NCBI GenBank assembly: GCA_964519665.1
Contig: CAZFIV010000020.1
Coordinates: 9,268 to 73,267, forward strand
Direction: 5' to 3'
DNA length: 64,000 bases
DNA from: an uncultured Myxococcales bacterium
GTDB taxonomy: Bacteria; Myxococcota; Kuafuiibacteriia; Kuafuiibacteriales; Kuafuiibacteriaceae
The notes beneath the pieces were generated by a model that was not told the origin of the DNA, ran no database searches, and worked only from the letters and a program-made list of their open reading frames with translations. Shown here one piece after another: positions 1 to 8,038 of the stretch. The first letter of the stretch is position 1; every line of letters starts with the position of its first letter. The position numbers and the translations under genes were made by a program.

Positions 1-564
1 ACGGGGCGGAGGCTGGGGCGGCGGAACGGCGTCGTTCAACGAAGGTGCCCGAGGGCGCGCTGGGGCCTCGCTTGCCGCACGCGCCGACGCGCCTCCCTGC
101 GTTGATGCGGTCCGCCGGGTAGTGCTCGCCTGGCTGCGAGCGGGCTGGGGGTTGGCCTGGCTGCGAGCGGGCTGGGGGCCGGCTTGGCTGCGAGCGGGCT
201 GGGGGTTGGCCTGGCTGCGTGCGGGCTGGCTGCGAGCGGGCTGGGGGTTGGCCTGGCTGCGAGCGGGCTGGGGGTTGGCCTGGCTGCGTGCGGGCTGAGG
301 GCGGGCCTGGCCGCCGGGACCTGGACTGGGGGCGGGATTGGGCGCCAGATCAGGGGCGGCGCGAGGGTCGGCGCGGCGCGGAGGGGCGGCGCGGCGCGGA
401 GATGCGGCGCGGCGAGGCGGCAATCGAGGCGCTCCGGCCGGGTCCGCCGGCCCACGCCGTGGTCGAGGATGGGGTGTCCCGGGGTCGGGCGCCAAGGCAT
501 GACCGCAGTGGGTGCATTGGGTCGCGTGGCCAGGATTCGGTGTGCCGCACTCCGGACAGAACAT
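1..564 (-). CDS. Zinc-ribbon (CxxC...CxxC) protein with Pro/Gln/Arg-rich repeat linker; partial, runs off the left edge
   Basis: Manual translation from ATG at 564: MFCPECGTPNPGHATQCTHCGHAL...(QPARSQANP)n...; no stop seen down to base 1. Absent from the ORF track because it is open at the edge. Confidence 0.8.
   Translation of the reverse strand, partial: MFCPECGTPNPGHATQCTHCGHALAPDPGTPHPRPRRGPADPAGAPRLPPRRAASPRRAAPPRRADPRAAPDLAPNPAPSPGPGGQARPQPARSQANPQPARSQANPQPARSQPARSQANPQPARSQAGPQPARSQANPQPARSQASTTRRTASTQGGASARAASEAPARPRAPSLNDAVPPPQPPPR
130..306. repeat. Intragenic tandem repeat, 27-bp unit CTGGCTGCGAGCGGGCTGGGGGTTGGC (about 6 copies plus one 15-bp partial)
   Basis: Units read directly at 130, 157, 184, 211 (partial), 226, 253 and 280; they encode QPARSQANP on the minus strand. 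Confidence 0.9.
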
Positions 565-738
565 GGTGGTCGGCCGCATCCTACGTAAAGCCTCGCGACC
601 CGTCGACCGTTGGTGGTCAGGCCGACACGGCATCGAACGGGCGGCGAGACACCTTCGGGCCCCGGGGTCTACCGGCCCGGTCGAACTGCGTCGACCGGTT
701 CAGTTCTCTAGTGGTCACGCGCGTGTTATCCGCGGTCA

Positions 739-2052
739 GTGGACCGGGTGGAGTACCTAGTTGTCGGCGCCGGAGTGAGTGGCTTGTCCTTCGCCAACTG
801 GCTGCGGGCCGAGGCGACGGCGCGAGGACGCTCGCCCCCCCAGATCTTGATTCTCGAGGCCGACGTCGAACCGGGTGGCTACTGTAAAACGGTCAAGCGG
901 GATGGTTTTGTCTGGGACTACTCGGGTCACTTTTTTCACTTCAAGGATCCGACCATCGAGGCGTGGCTTCGCGCTCGAATGCCGGGTCAAGAGATCGTTA
1001 CGGTCGATAAGCGGGCCTACATCCGGTTCGCAGGGCTCGACATCGATTTTCCGTTTCAGAAGAACATTCACCAGCTCGCCCGGACCGATTTCATCGACTG
1101 CCTCGTCGACCTCTACTTCCGGACATCGGACGCACCTGCGGGCGGACGAGCAGGGCCGCACTCAGGGCCGGACTCGTTCAAGGCAATGCTGTATCAGCGA
1201 TTCGGTCGTTCGATCGCGGAGAAATTCCTCATTCCGTACAACGAGAAGCTGTACGCGTGTGACCTCGACCACCTCGACGCGGATGCCATGGGACGTTTTT
1301 TTCCTTACGCCGACGTCGACGACATCATCCGCAACATGCGGCAGGCGGACAACCGAAGCTACAACAGCACGTTCACGTACCCGGCGGGAGGAGCGATCGA
1401 GTACATTCGGGCCCTGCTGCACGACCTGCCGGACGACACCATCAGCTTCGGTGAGCGACTCGAATCCGTCGACCTGCGTCGCCAGGTTGTTCGCACCAAT
1501 CGTCGACAACTACAGTTTCGGCGTCTGATCTCTTCCGCGCCGCTCGATCAGCTCGCCCGGGCATGTGGGGTCGACCACGATGCAGCGCAGTTCAGCTGGA
1601 ACAAGGTGCTGGTCTTCAATCTGGGCTTCGATCGGAAAGGCAGCGACAAACCCCACTGGATGTACTTTCCTGAACGGGAGTTCTGCTTCTACCGCGTTGG
1701 GTGGTACGACAACATTATGGGCACCGACCGCATGAGTCTCTACGTCGAGGTCGGCGCCGACAAGACTGCGGTCTTCGACGTGGAGCGGGAGCGCGAACGG
1801 GTGCTCGATGGCCTCGGCCGCGCAGGGATCGTGGACGGCCACGAGCTCGTCAGCTGGCACAGCGTCGTTCTCGACCCCGCCTACGTCCATATCAATCGCG
1901 GGGCGCAGGCCGAGCAGCGCAGACTTACGCCGGCCCTCAACGCAGCAGGCGTCTATCCCGTCGGTCGATACGGTGGATGGACGTACTGTTCCATTGAAGA
2001 CAACATGCTTCAGACGCGGGCGCTGGCGAGCGCGTTCGGGCCGCTGCTTTAG
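739..2052 (+). CDS. FAD/NAD(P)-binding oxidoreductase (HemY-like / UDP-galactopyranose-mutase-like family)
   Basis: N-terminal VVGAGVSG dinucleotide motif, GGYCKT...DYSGHFFH, C-terminal GRYGGWTY. Confidence 0.7.
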   Translation: MDRVEYLVVGAGVSGLSFANWLRAEATARGRSPPQILILEADVEPGGYCKTVKRDGFVWDYSGHFFHFKDPTIEAWLRARMPGQEIVTVDKRAYIRFAGLDIDFPFQKNIHQLARTDFIDCLVDLYFRTSDAPAGGRAGPHSGPDSFKAMLYQRFGRSIAEKFLIPYNEKLYACDLDHLDADAMGRFFPYADVDDIIRNMRQADNRSYNSTFTYPAGGAIEYIRALLHDLPDDTISFGERLESVDLRRQVVRTNRRQLQFRRLISSAPLDQLARACGVDHDAAQFSWNKVLVFNLGFDRKGSDKPHWMYFPEREFCFYRVGWYDNIMGTDRMSLYVEVGADKTAVFDVERERERVLDGLGRAGIVDGHELVSWHSVVLDPAYVHINRGAQAEQRRLTPALNAAGVYPVGRYGGWTYCSIEDNMLQTRALASAFGPLL

Positions 2053-2064
2053 CGGCGAGCGTCG

Positions 2065-2796
2065 CTAGGTCTCCAAAAGTACGGACAGCGGTTCGACGGG
2101 CGGCGGTTCGACAGGCGCATCCGGAATCCACGCGCGCCAGACCGATGGAATCGGAGCGTTGAAGTTCAGCTCGGCGCCGGACCGGGGGTGAACGACGGCC
2201 AACCGAACCGAGTGGAGGAGAAGGTGTTTGGGCCTAGGCGTGCCGCGGTCGCGAACTTCGCGGCTCCAAGCCTTGTTGGCCGCGAAATCGCCGTACTTGT
2301 CGTCCATGAGCACCGGATGCCCGATGCTAGCGAGATGACGTCGGATCTGGTGTTGGCGCCCGGTCTGGATGACCACCTGCACAATGCTGACTTTCCCCTC
2401 GACGATGGGGGCCACATCGGACCTCGCGTCCTGCATTCGCCCATCTCTCGCCAGAAGCGGGGTCTCGATCCGGCGAGGCTCTCTGAGCCGGCCCACGACG
2501 GCGGCCCAATACCATTTCGTCGCGGATGGCCAGAGCGCTTGAAGAGTGTTGAGGAGTTCGACCGCCTTGAGGATCAGAAGAACGCCGCTGGTGCCTCGGT
2601 CGAGGCGGTGACCGAGGTGCAGGTCGACCGGACCGTCGTATGCATCCACCAGCACGCTAAGCAGATCGCGTCCTTTCGTATCGGCACCAGGGTGCACCGC
2701 GAGGCCCGCAGGCTTGTCGACAACCAAGAGGTCGTCATCTTCCGCAATGACTTGGACCTTTCGCAGTCTCTCTTGACGAAGCCGTAGTTCGGTCAT
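2065..2796 (-). CDS. RluA-family RNA pseudouridine synthase
   Basis: DKPAGLAVHP, HRLDRGTSG (catalytic Asp), TGRQHQIRRH. Confidence 0.9.
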   Translation of the reverse strand: MTELRLRQERLRKVQVIAEDDDLLVVDKPAGLAVHPGADTKGRDLLSVLVDAYDGPVDLHLGHRLDRGTSGVLLILKAVELLNTLQALWPSATKWYWAAVVGRLREPRRIETPLLARDGRMQDARSDVAPIVEGKVSIVQVVIQTGRQHQIRRHLASIGHPVLMDDKYGDFAANKAWSREVRDRGTPRPKHLLLHSVRLAVVHPRSGAELNFNAPIPSVWRAWIPDAPVEPPPVEPLSVLLET

Positions 2797-2811
2797 TGCG
2801 GCATGGCGGGT

Positions 2812-3090
2812 TCAGAGCCTTGGGGCTCGGTCGGACATCGTGAGCTTCGTAATACGTAGCTGAAGGTCGGCCAGGCGATCGTCGAGGTCTTCGAGGTCCG
2901 ATTCGAGGCGTTCGATGTCTCGACGGGTAGGCAAATCCAGCATCGACAATAGGCGATCCGCATTTCGGTCTATGGCCCGCCGAGCGTCCAGCGAGGAATG
3001 AAGGGTACTCTGAACGACGCGAAAGACCCCGTCGCTTGCCAGGAGCCGCGAGGTCCAGTGCCTCAGAGTATTCCCACGGAAGAACGACAT
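2812..3090 (-). CDS. Small phasin/PhaE-C-terminus-like coiled-coil protein
   Basis: LDLPTRRDIERLESDLEDLDDRLADL resembles the L(N/D)LPTRx(D/E) motif of granule-associated proteins. Confidence 0.5.
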   Translation of the reverse strand: MSFFRGNTLRHWTSRLLASDGVFRVVQSTLHSSLDARRAIDRNADRLLSMLDLPTRRDIERLESDLEDLDDRLADLQLRITKLTMSDRAPRL

Positions 3091-3224
3091 CGAGACTCGA
3101 CCGTCCTTGAATCCTGAACACGTTCTGCGTCAACCCCGCAGACGCGAAACCGACTTCAGAATCGACCCATTAGGGTTGATTTGACGACACTTGCGTTTAC
3201 GTAGAAGTTTGGGCGTGAGATGGC

Positions 3225-4196
3225 TTGTTGCGTAAGGTGACGGTGGACGGCCCCGAGCACATCTGGGACCGGCAGTTGGTCCTGGTGACCGGCAAAGGTG
3301 GAGTCGGCAAGACTACGGTGGCCGCAGCCCTCGCGCTTGCCGCTCAGAGGGCCGGCAAGAGCGTCTTGTTGGGCGAAGTCACGCCGGACGCTAAGGAACG
3401 CTCCAACCTGCTCGGTTTGTTCGGCCAACCAAAACCCCGAGGTGAGGCTCCCGTTCAACTCATCGAAGGCCTCGATGGTGTTCGGGTCACCCCTACGGCA
3501 GGGCACCGCTTGTTCATGCGGGCAGCACTGAGGGTGGGCATGGTCGCTGATGCTGCGATGCGCTCCGCCGCCTTGAACCGCTTTCTGACCGCTGCCCCCG
3601 CCTTTCCGGAGATCGGCACCCTCTATCAGCTGGTCCACCTGCTGCGAGCTGAGCGATGGGACCACATCATCCTCGATCTCCCGGCGACCGGTCACGCGTT
3701 GGGCCTCGCTTCCCTTCCGCGGACGGTCCTGCGGATCGTGCCGATAGGCACGATCGGAGACGCGATACGCGAGGGGCTGGATGCGATGACCGACCCCCAA
3801 CGCGGCGGTGCAGTCGTGGTGACTCTTCCCGAAGATATGCCGGTGACCGAGTCTCTGGAGCTGATCGACGGCCTTCGGGGCCTCTCGGTGCCGATTCGCG
3901 CCATGGTCTTGAACCAGATGCCCCCGGTCGTCTTCACCGAGGATGAACGTTACGCGGTCGCCGACCATCTCGCTGGTCGTCATGACGATGCACCCACTTT
4001 GCTCGGGAGCCGCGAGTTCCGTCGGCTGCAGCGTGCGTTGGCTGCACGGGAGCGATTCCGAGCCGAATCTCCCCTGGGCATTCCAAGGTCGGAGGTCGAG
4101 CTGCTCGACGGCTCCCCTCCAGCTCGGGTTGTCGAAAAGCTGGCCGATCACTTTCTTGGCACCTTCGATCGCGAGGCGACGGAGGGTGCCGCGTGA
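3225..4196 (+). CDS. ArsA/Get3-family ATPase, first of a tandem pair
   Basis: Deviant Walker A GKGGVGKTT, DLPATGH switch II, VTLPEDMPVTE; start approximate. Confidence 0.85.
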   Translation: MLRKVTVDGPEHIWDRQLVLVTGKGGVGKTTVAAALALAAQRAGKSVLLGEVTPDAKERSNLLGLFGQPKPRGEAPVQLIEGLDGVRVTPTAGHRLFMRAALRVGMVADAAMRSAALNRFLTAAPAFPEIGTLYQLVHLLRAERWDHIILDLPATGHALGLASLPRTVLRIVPIGTIGDAIREGLDAMTDPQRGGAVVVTLPEDMPVTESLELIDGLRGLSVPIRAMVLNQMPPVVFTEDERYAVADHLAGRHDDAPTLLGSREFRRLQRALAARERFRAESPLGIPRSEVELLDGSPPARVVEKLADHFLGTFDREATEGAA

Positions 4197-5326
4197 AGCT
4201 GCGCGATGTCGTGGCCCAGAAAAGGGTCATCGTTTGCTGCGGCGCGGGCGGGGTCGGCAAGACGACGACCTCGGCGGCGCTGGCCCTTTCGGCAGCCCGG
4301 CTGGGTCGCCACGCTTTAGTGTTGACCATCGATCCCGCGCGAAGACTCGCGCAGGCTCTGGGAATCCCGCCCACCGGGAAAGAGCCCGTTGGCATCGACC
4401 GAGCCGTTTTGGCGGCCAAAGGGGTTGAGATGCCCGAGGACGGGTCGCTGCACGCTTGGATGCTCGACCCCAAAGTGGTGCTCGAAGGGGTCGTCGACCG
4501 CTTCGCACCGAGCGCGGAAGATGCGGAAAGGATCCGAGGCTCTCGCTTGTATCAAGCGCTCGGCGAGATCGTGGCTGGCCTTCAGGAGTACACGGCCGCC
4601 GAAGCTTTGTACGCCTTCGAGCAGGAAGGACGATACGACCTCATCATTCTGGACACGCCGCCATCCCGCAACGCGCTCGACTTTCTCGATGCGCCGCGGC
4701 GGCTGGCTCGTTTTCTTGATGAGCGGACGCTGGCGATCTTCGCGCCCGACCCGAACAAGAAGCTGGGTGCGGTGATGCGGGCTGCATCGTCGCTGGTGTC
4801 GACCGCGCTGAGCCGAACCTTCGGAGCGCAGTTCGCCGCCGAGCTGCAGTCCTTCTTGGGTGCCTTCGGCAAGCTGTTCGACAAGATGCGGCTGCATGCG
4901 GACGGGGTCCGGACTTTGCTGCGATCCGAAAAGTCGGCGTTCTTGGTCGTGGCCAGTCCCGATGAAGCGGCTCTGTCCGAAGCCGTGTACTTCAAGGGAC
5001 GGATCAAAGACCTGGGGCTCACCACCGAGGGCTTCATCCTCAATCGCAGCTATGCGTCCGAGCAGCCGCTCGAACATCCGTCCGAGCTCCAGCGTCGGCT
5101 TGGTCCGCACGACCCGGAGAGCCTGGCGCGGGCCTTGGCGAAGATGGGGCCGCTAGCGGAGGTCGAGCAGGCACGGATTCGGCAGGATCGAGCGTTGTTG
5201 GACGAGTTGCGCCACGAAGGCCAAGAAACCGGTCAGGGCGCTCTCGCGCTGCCGTTTCTCGACGAGGTGGTCGACGACATCCCAGCGCTGCGGGTCCTGA
5301 GCGACTACATCCTGGCCGCCTACTGA
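4193..5326 (+). CDS. ArsA/Get3-family ATPase, second of the pair
   Basis: CCGAGGVGKTT, TIDPARRLA, DTPPSRNALDFL; GTGA overlap with the upstream gene. Confidence 0.9.
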   Translation: MKLRDVVAQKRVIVCCGAGGVGKTTTSAALALSAARLGRHALVLTIDPARRLAQALGIPPTGKEPVGIDRAVLAAKGVEMPEDGSLHAWMLDPKVVLEGVVDRFAPSAEDAERIRGSRLYQALGEIVAGLQEYTAAEALYAFEQEGRYDLIILDTPPSRNALDFLDAPRRLARFLDERTLAIFAPDPNKKLGAVMRAASSLVSTALSRTFGAQFAAELQSFLGAFGKLFDKMRLHADGVRTLLRSEKSAFLVVASPDEAALSEAVYFKGRIKDLGLTTEGFILNRSYASEQPLEHPSELQRRLGPHDPESLARALAKMGPLAEVEQARIRQDRALLDELRHEGQETGQGALALPFLDEVVDDIPALRVLSDYILAAY

Positions 5327-5345
5327 CAGCGGGCATACTGACCCA

Positions 5346-6032
5346 ATGACTCAAGCAAATCCCATTGAGGGCGCAGAGCGCGAACTCTACCTGCAGCACG
5401 TGTCGCAATTCGTGGGGCCCATCGGGGGCATCATAAGCATCGCACCCGTCGCACCCGGTCTTCCGCCGATCGACCTCGTGCACGTGGTCCCGACCGAAGC
5501 CAAGCCGTGGCACGTCGTGGTCACTCTTGGCATGAGCGGCACGGCCATGGCGACGCCGGAAAGCCTGCCTGACGAGCCCAGATTCGCCGAACTCGTGATC
5601 GGCTTGCCGCCGGACTGGCCCTTGGAAGGGCCCGCCATGGCCCGCCCCGCCGCTCGATGGCCTTTGCGACTCTTGGCGACCCTGGCGTCGTTCCCGGCCG
5701 CGTCCGGGCAGTGGCTATCGGTCGGACACACCATTCCCAACGGCCAACCTCCCCAACCGTACGTGGAAGGGGTCGGCTTTTGCTGTGCGATGCTCGCGCC
5801 GCCCATCACGCTCCTGCCCGAGTTCCGAACGCTCCGCTGCACCGCGGACAAGGAAGTGGTCTTCTACGGCGTCGTCCCCCTTTTCGAGCGGGAGATGGAA
5901 CTCAAGGTTGCGGAAGGCACTCGGGCGCTGCTCGATAGGTTCGACCAACACGAAGTGTGCGAGATCGTCGATGTCCACCGTCGCTCCGTCGCGGGCACGC
6001 TGATCGAGATGCTCGACGACCGTAACGACTGA
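5346..6032 (+). CDS. Suppressor-of-fused (SUFU) domain protein
   Basis: IDLVHV, VTLGMS, ELVIGLPPDW, WPLRLL, GHTIPNG, FYGVVPLFEREM pattern of bacterial SUFU proteins. Confidence 0.8.
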   Translation: MTQANPIEGAERELYLQHVSQFVGPIGGIISIAPVAPGLPPIDLVHVVPTEAKPWHVVVTLGMSGTAMATPESLPDEPRFAELVIGLPPDWPLEGPAMARPAARWPLRLLATLASFPAASGQWLSVGHTIPNGQPPQPYVEGVGFCCAMLAPPITLLPEFRTLRCTADKEVVFYGVVPLFEREMELKVAEGTRALLDRFDQHEVCEIVDVHRRSVAGTLIEMLDDRND

Positions 6033-6048
6033 GCGTCTGACTGAAGCG

Positions 6049-6885
6049 ATGCCCGAGCTTCCCGAAGTCGAGTTTGGTCGCAAAGTTGCGGAGAACGCCC
6101 TCGGTGGACGCCAGATCGTGTCCGTCGAGCTCGCTCACGACCCTATCGTCTTCGACGGCGTGCCCGCTGCCGAGTTCCAACGGACGCTCGAAGGCGCCAA
6201 GGTCGTGGCGGTCCATCGTCGAGGCAAGCACCTATGGTTCGAGCTCGATCGGCGTCCCTGGCCAACCTTCCACTTCGGCATGACCGGTGCGTTTCGAGTC
6301 CCCGACGCCGACCCACTGGTGCTCGAAGGTTCCGCTCGTTCGCCCGACCGTAGGTGGCCGCCTCGCTTCGCCAAGATCCGGATGACGAGCGGAGACGGTC
6401 GTGAGCTGGCGATGACCAACGCCCGCCGCTTGGGGCGGATAAGGCTTCGAGAAGACCCCGCCAACGAGCCCCCGATCGGCGACCTCGGATTCGACCCACT
6501 CACCGAGATGCCTCGACTGCCGGACTTTCGGGCCCGGTTCGCCCGCCGACGAGGCATCCTCAAAGGGCTCCTGCTCGACCAGACCTTTGCGGCAGGCGTC
6601 GGCAACTGGATCGCCGACGAGGTCCTCTATCAAGCGCGCCTCGATCCCCGGCGTAGAACGTCGACGCTGACCGACAGCGAAGTTCGGGCCCTGCACGAAG
6701 CGCTCAAGAAGGTCGTTCGCCGGTCCGTGTCAGTCGACGCCGACAAGGACCGGTTCCCGGCCTCTTGGCTGTTCCACCATCGTTGGGGAAAAGGCGCCGA
6801 CGCGCGCATGCGGGACGGCGCGCAGATTCGCTTTCTGACCATCGCCGGGCGGACCACGGCGTGGGTTCCCAGTCGACAACGCTGA
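6049..6885 (+). CDS. mutM: Fpg/Nei DNA glycosylase/AP lyase lacking the C-terminal zinc finger
   Basis: N-terminal PELPEV, RRGKHL, HFGMTG, H2TH LLDQ..AGVGNWIADEVL; no Cys in the protein. Confidence 0.9.
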   Translation: MPELPEVEFGRKVAENALGGRQIVSVELAHDPIVFDGVPAAEFQRTLEGAKVVAVHRRGKHLWFELDRRPWPTFHFGMTGAFRVPDADPLVLEGSARSPDRRWPPRFAKIRMTSGDGRELAMTNARRLGRIRLREDPANEPPIGDLGFDPLTEMPRLPDFRARFARRRGILKGLLLDQTFAAGVGNWIADEVLYQARLDPRRRTSTLTDSEVRALHEALKKVVRRSVSVDADKDRFPASWLFHHRWGKGADARMRDGAQIRFLTIAGRTTAWVPSRQR

Positions 6886-7390
6886 TCGAACGACAAGCCG
6901 GTACGACAATCCCGTTACCGTAGTCCGGTAACAGTAGTCCCGTTGCGGGGGGTGTATCGGGAAGAGGTAAGGAGTGCGTCCCTGACCGCGCAATCCCGCC
7001 CTTCGTCGGACAGGTTGACATGATAATTTCTGGGGAAGACCACTCGCCATCGATTCGGAATCCTCAAGTCAGGCCACCCGTCGCTAGTCGAGGACGCCGT
7101 CCAACGCTCGACCGGTCGCTAAATAGGCAAGATCGCACTGCGTTTGCCGCACTACAGAGCCCTAGGGTTGAATCCTCACGGGCGGCTTCATGAAGCGTAG
7201 ATTGCTCACGAGTTGATTCCCTGCCGGTCTAACCGTCCGAATCGACTTGGCGCCTATCACTCGTTCGGATAGGACACCTGTCAACAAGACAACCGGCCTA
7301 CCTGCGCCCCGTGGCAAGTGAGGCTGGTCCTGGTTCGTTGCGTCCTCTGCTGTCGCGACGAATACGTTGTAACGCGCTGAAGGGGTCAAG

Positions 7391-8032
7391 ATGGGCTTTC
7401 GGTTTCCTCCATGGACCAACCACATCCGCGCGCTGATCGCTCTGGGGGCGATCGGCGCCGGCGTGTATGTATTTTTGATAATCAACTTCGGCTTTTCGCC
7501 GCGCGCCACGGACCGCAACTACCAGCCGGTCCAACCCGTGCCGTTCAGCCACCGGCTGCACTCGGGCGAGCTCGGGATGGACTGCCGGTACTGCCACAAT
7601 TCCGTCGAACGGCAGATGCACTCGCCGATCCCGCCGACCGAGACGTGCATCGGCTGCCACAACAAGATCCACACTCAAAGCGTGAAGCTCCAGGTCGTTC
7701 GAGATAGCTGGGAGAACGACACGCCTATCCCGTGGGCTCGGGTCCACGACCTTCCCGACTACTCCTACTTTAACCACAGCGCTCACGTCCTCAAGGGTGT
7801 CGGATGCGCGAGCTGCCACGGCCGCGTCGATCAAATGGAGGTCGTCTATCAATATTCGTCGCTGAGCATGGGATGGTGTCTTCAATGTCACCGCAATCCG
7901 GAGCCCAACCTCAGACCTCTCGACAAGATTACGCAGATGGATTGGCAGCAGGAAAGCCCGGAGCAGGGAGCGCGTCTGAAGGCCGAGTACAACGTCAACC
8001 CGAACGACAACTGCTCCACTTGCCACCGGTGA
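7391..8032 (+). CDS. actA: Alternative complex III pentaheme cytochrome c
   Basis: N-terminal TM helix; five CxxCH (CRYCH, CIGCH, CASCH, CLQCH, CSTCH); QPVPFSH. Confidence 0.92.
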   Translation: MGFRFPPWTNHIRALIALGAIGAGVYVFLIINFGFSPRATDRNYQPVQPVPFSHRLHSGELGMDCRYCHNSVERQMHSPIPPTETCIGCHNKIHTQSVKLQVVRDSWENDTPIPWARVHDLPDYSYFNHSAHVLKGVGCASCHGRVDQMEVVYQYSSLSMGWCLQCHRNPEPNLRPLDKITQMDWQQESPEQGARLKAEYNVNPNDNCSTCHR

Positions 8033-8038
8033 ACCGAC

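Noticed and set aside
130-306. Possible CRISPR array
   Set aside because: The units are head-to-tail with no unique spacers, their length is a multiple of 3, they lie inside a coding frame, and no cas genes are present.
36-887. ORF-track calls 36..500(-), 184..588(+), 219..887(+)
   Set aside because: Alternative frames of the repeat; the frame starting MFCPECG at 564(-) has a recognisable zinc ribbon.
739-2052. Call as hemY/hemG or glf
   Set aside because: Only family-level FAD motifs are visible; the specific function cannot be assigned from the sequence alone.
3113-3129. Second LexA box (CCTGAACACGTTCTGCG) between the phasin-like and ArsA genes
   Set aside because: Only one half-site fits well; three mismatches in the other half.
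3225-5326. Arsenic resistance operon
   Set aside because: No arsB/acr3, arsC, arsR or arsD in the window; single-domain paired ATPases fit the non-arsenic subfamily better.
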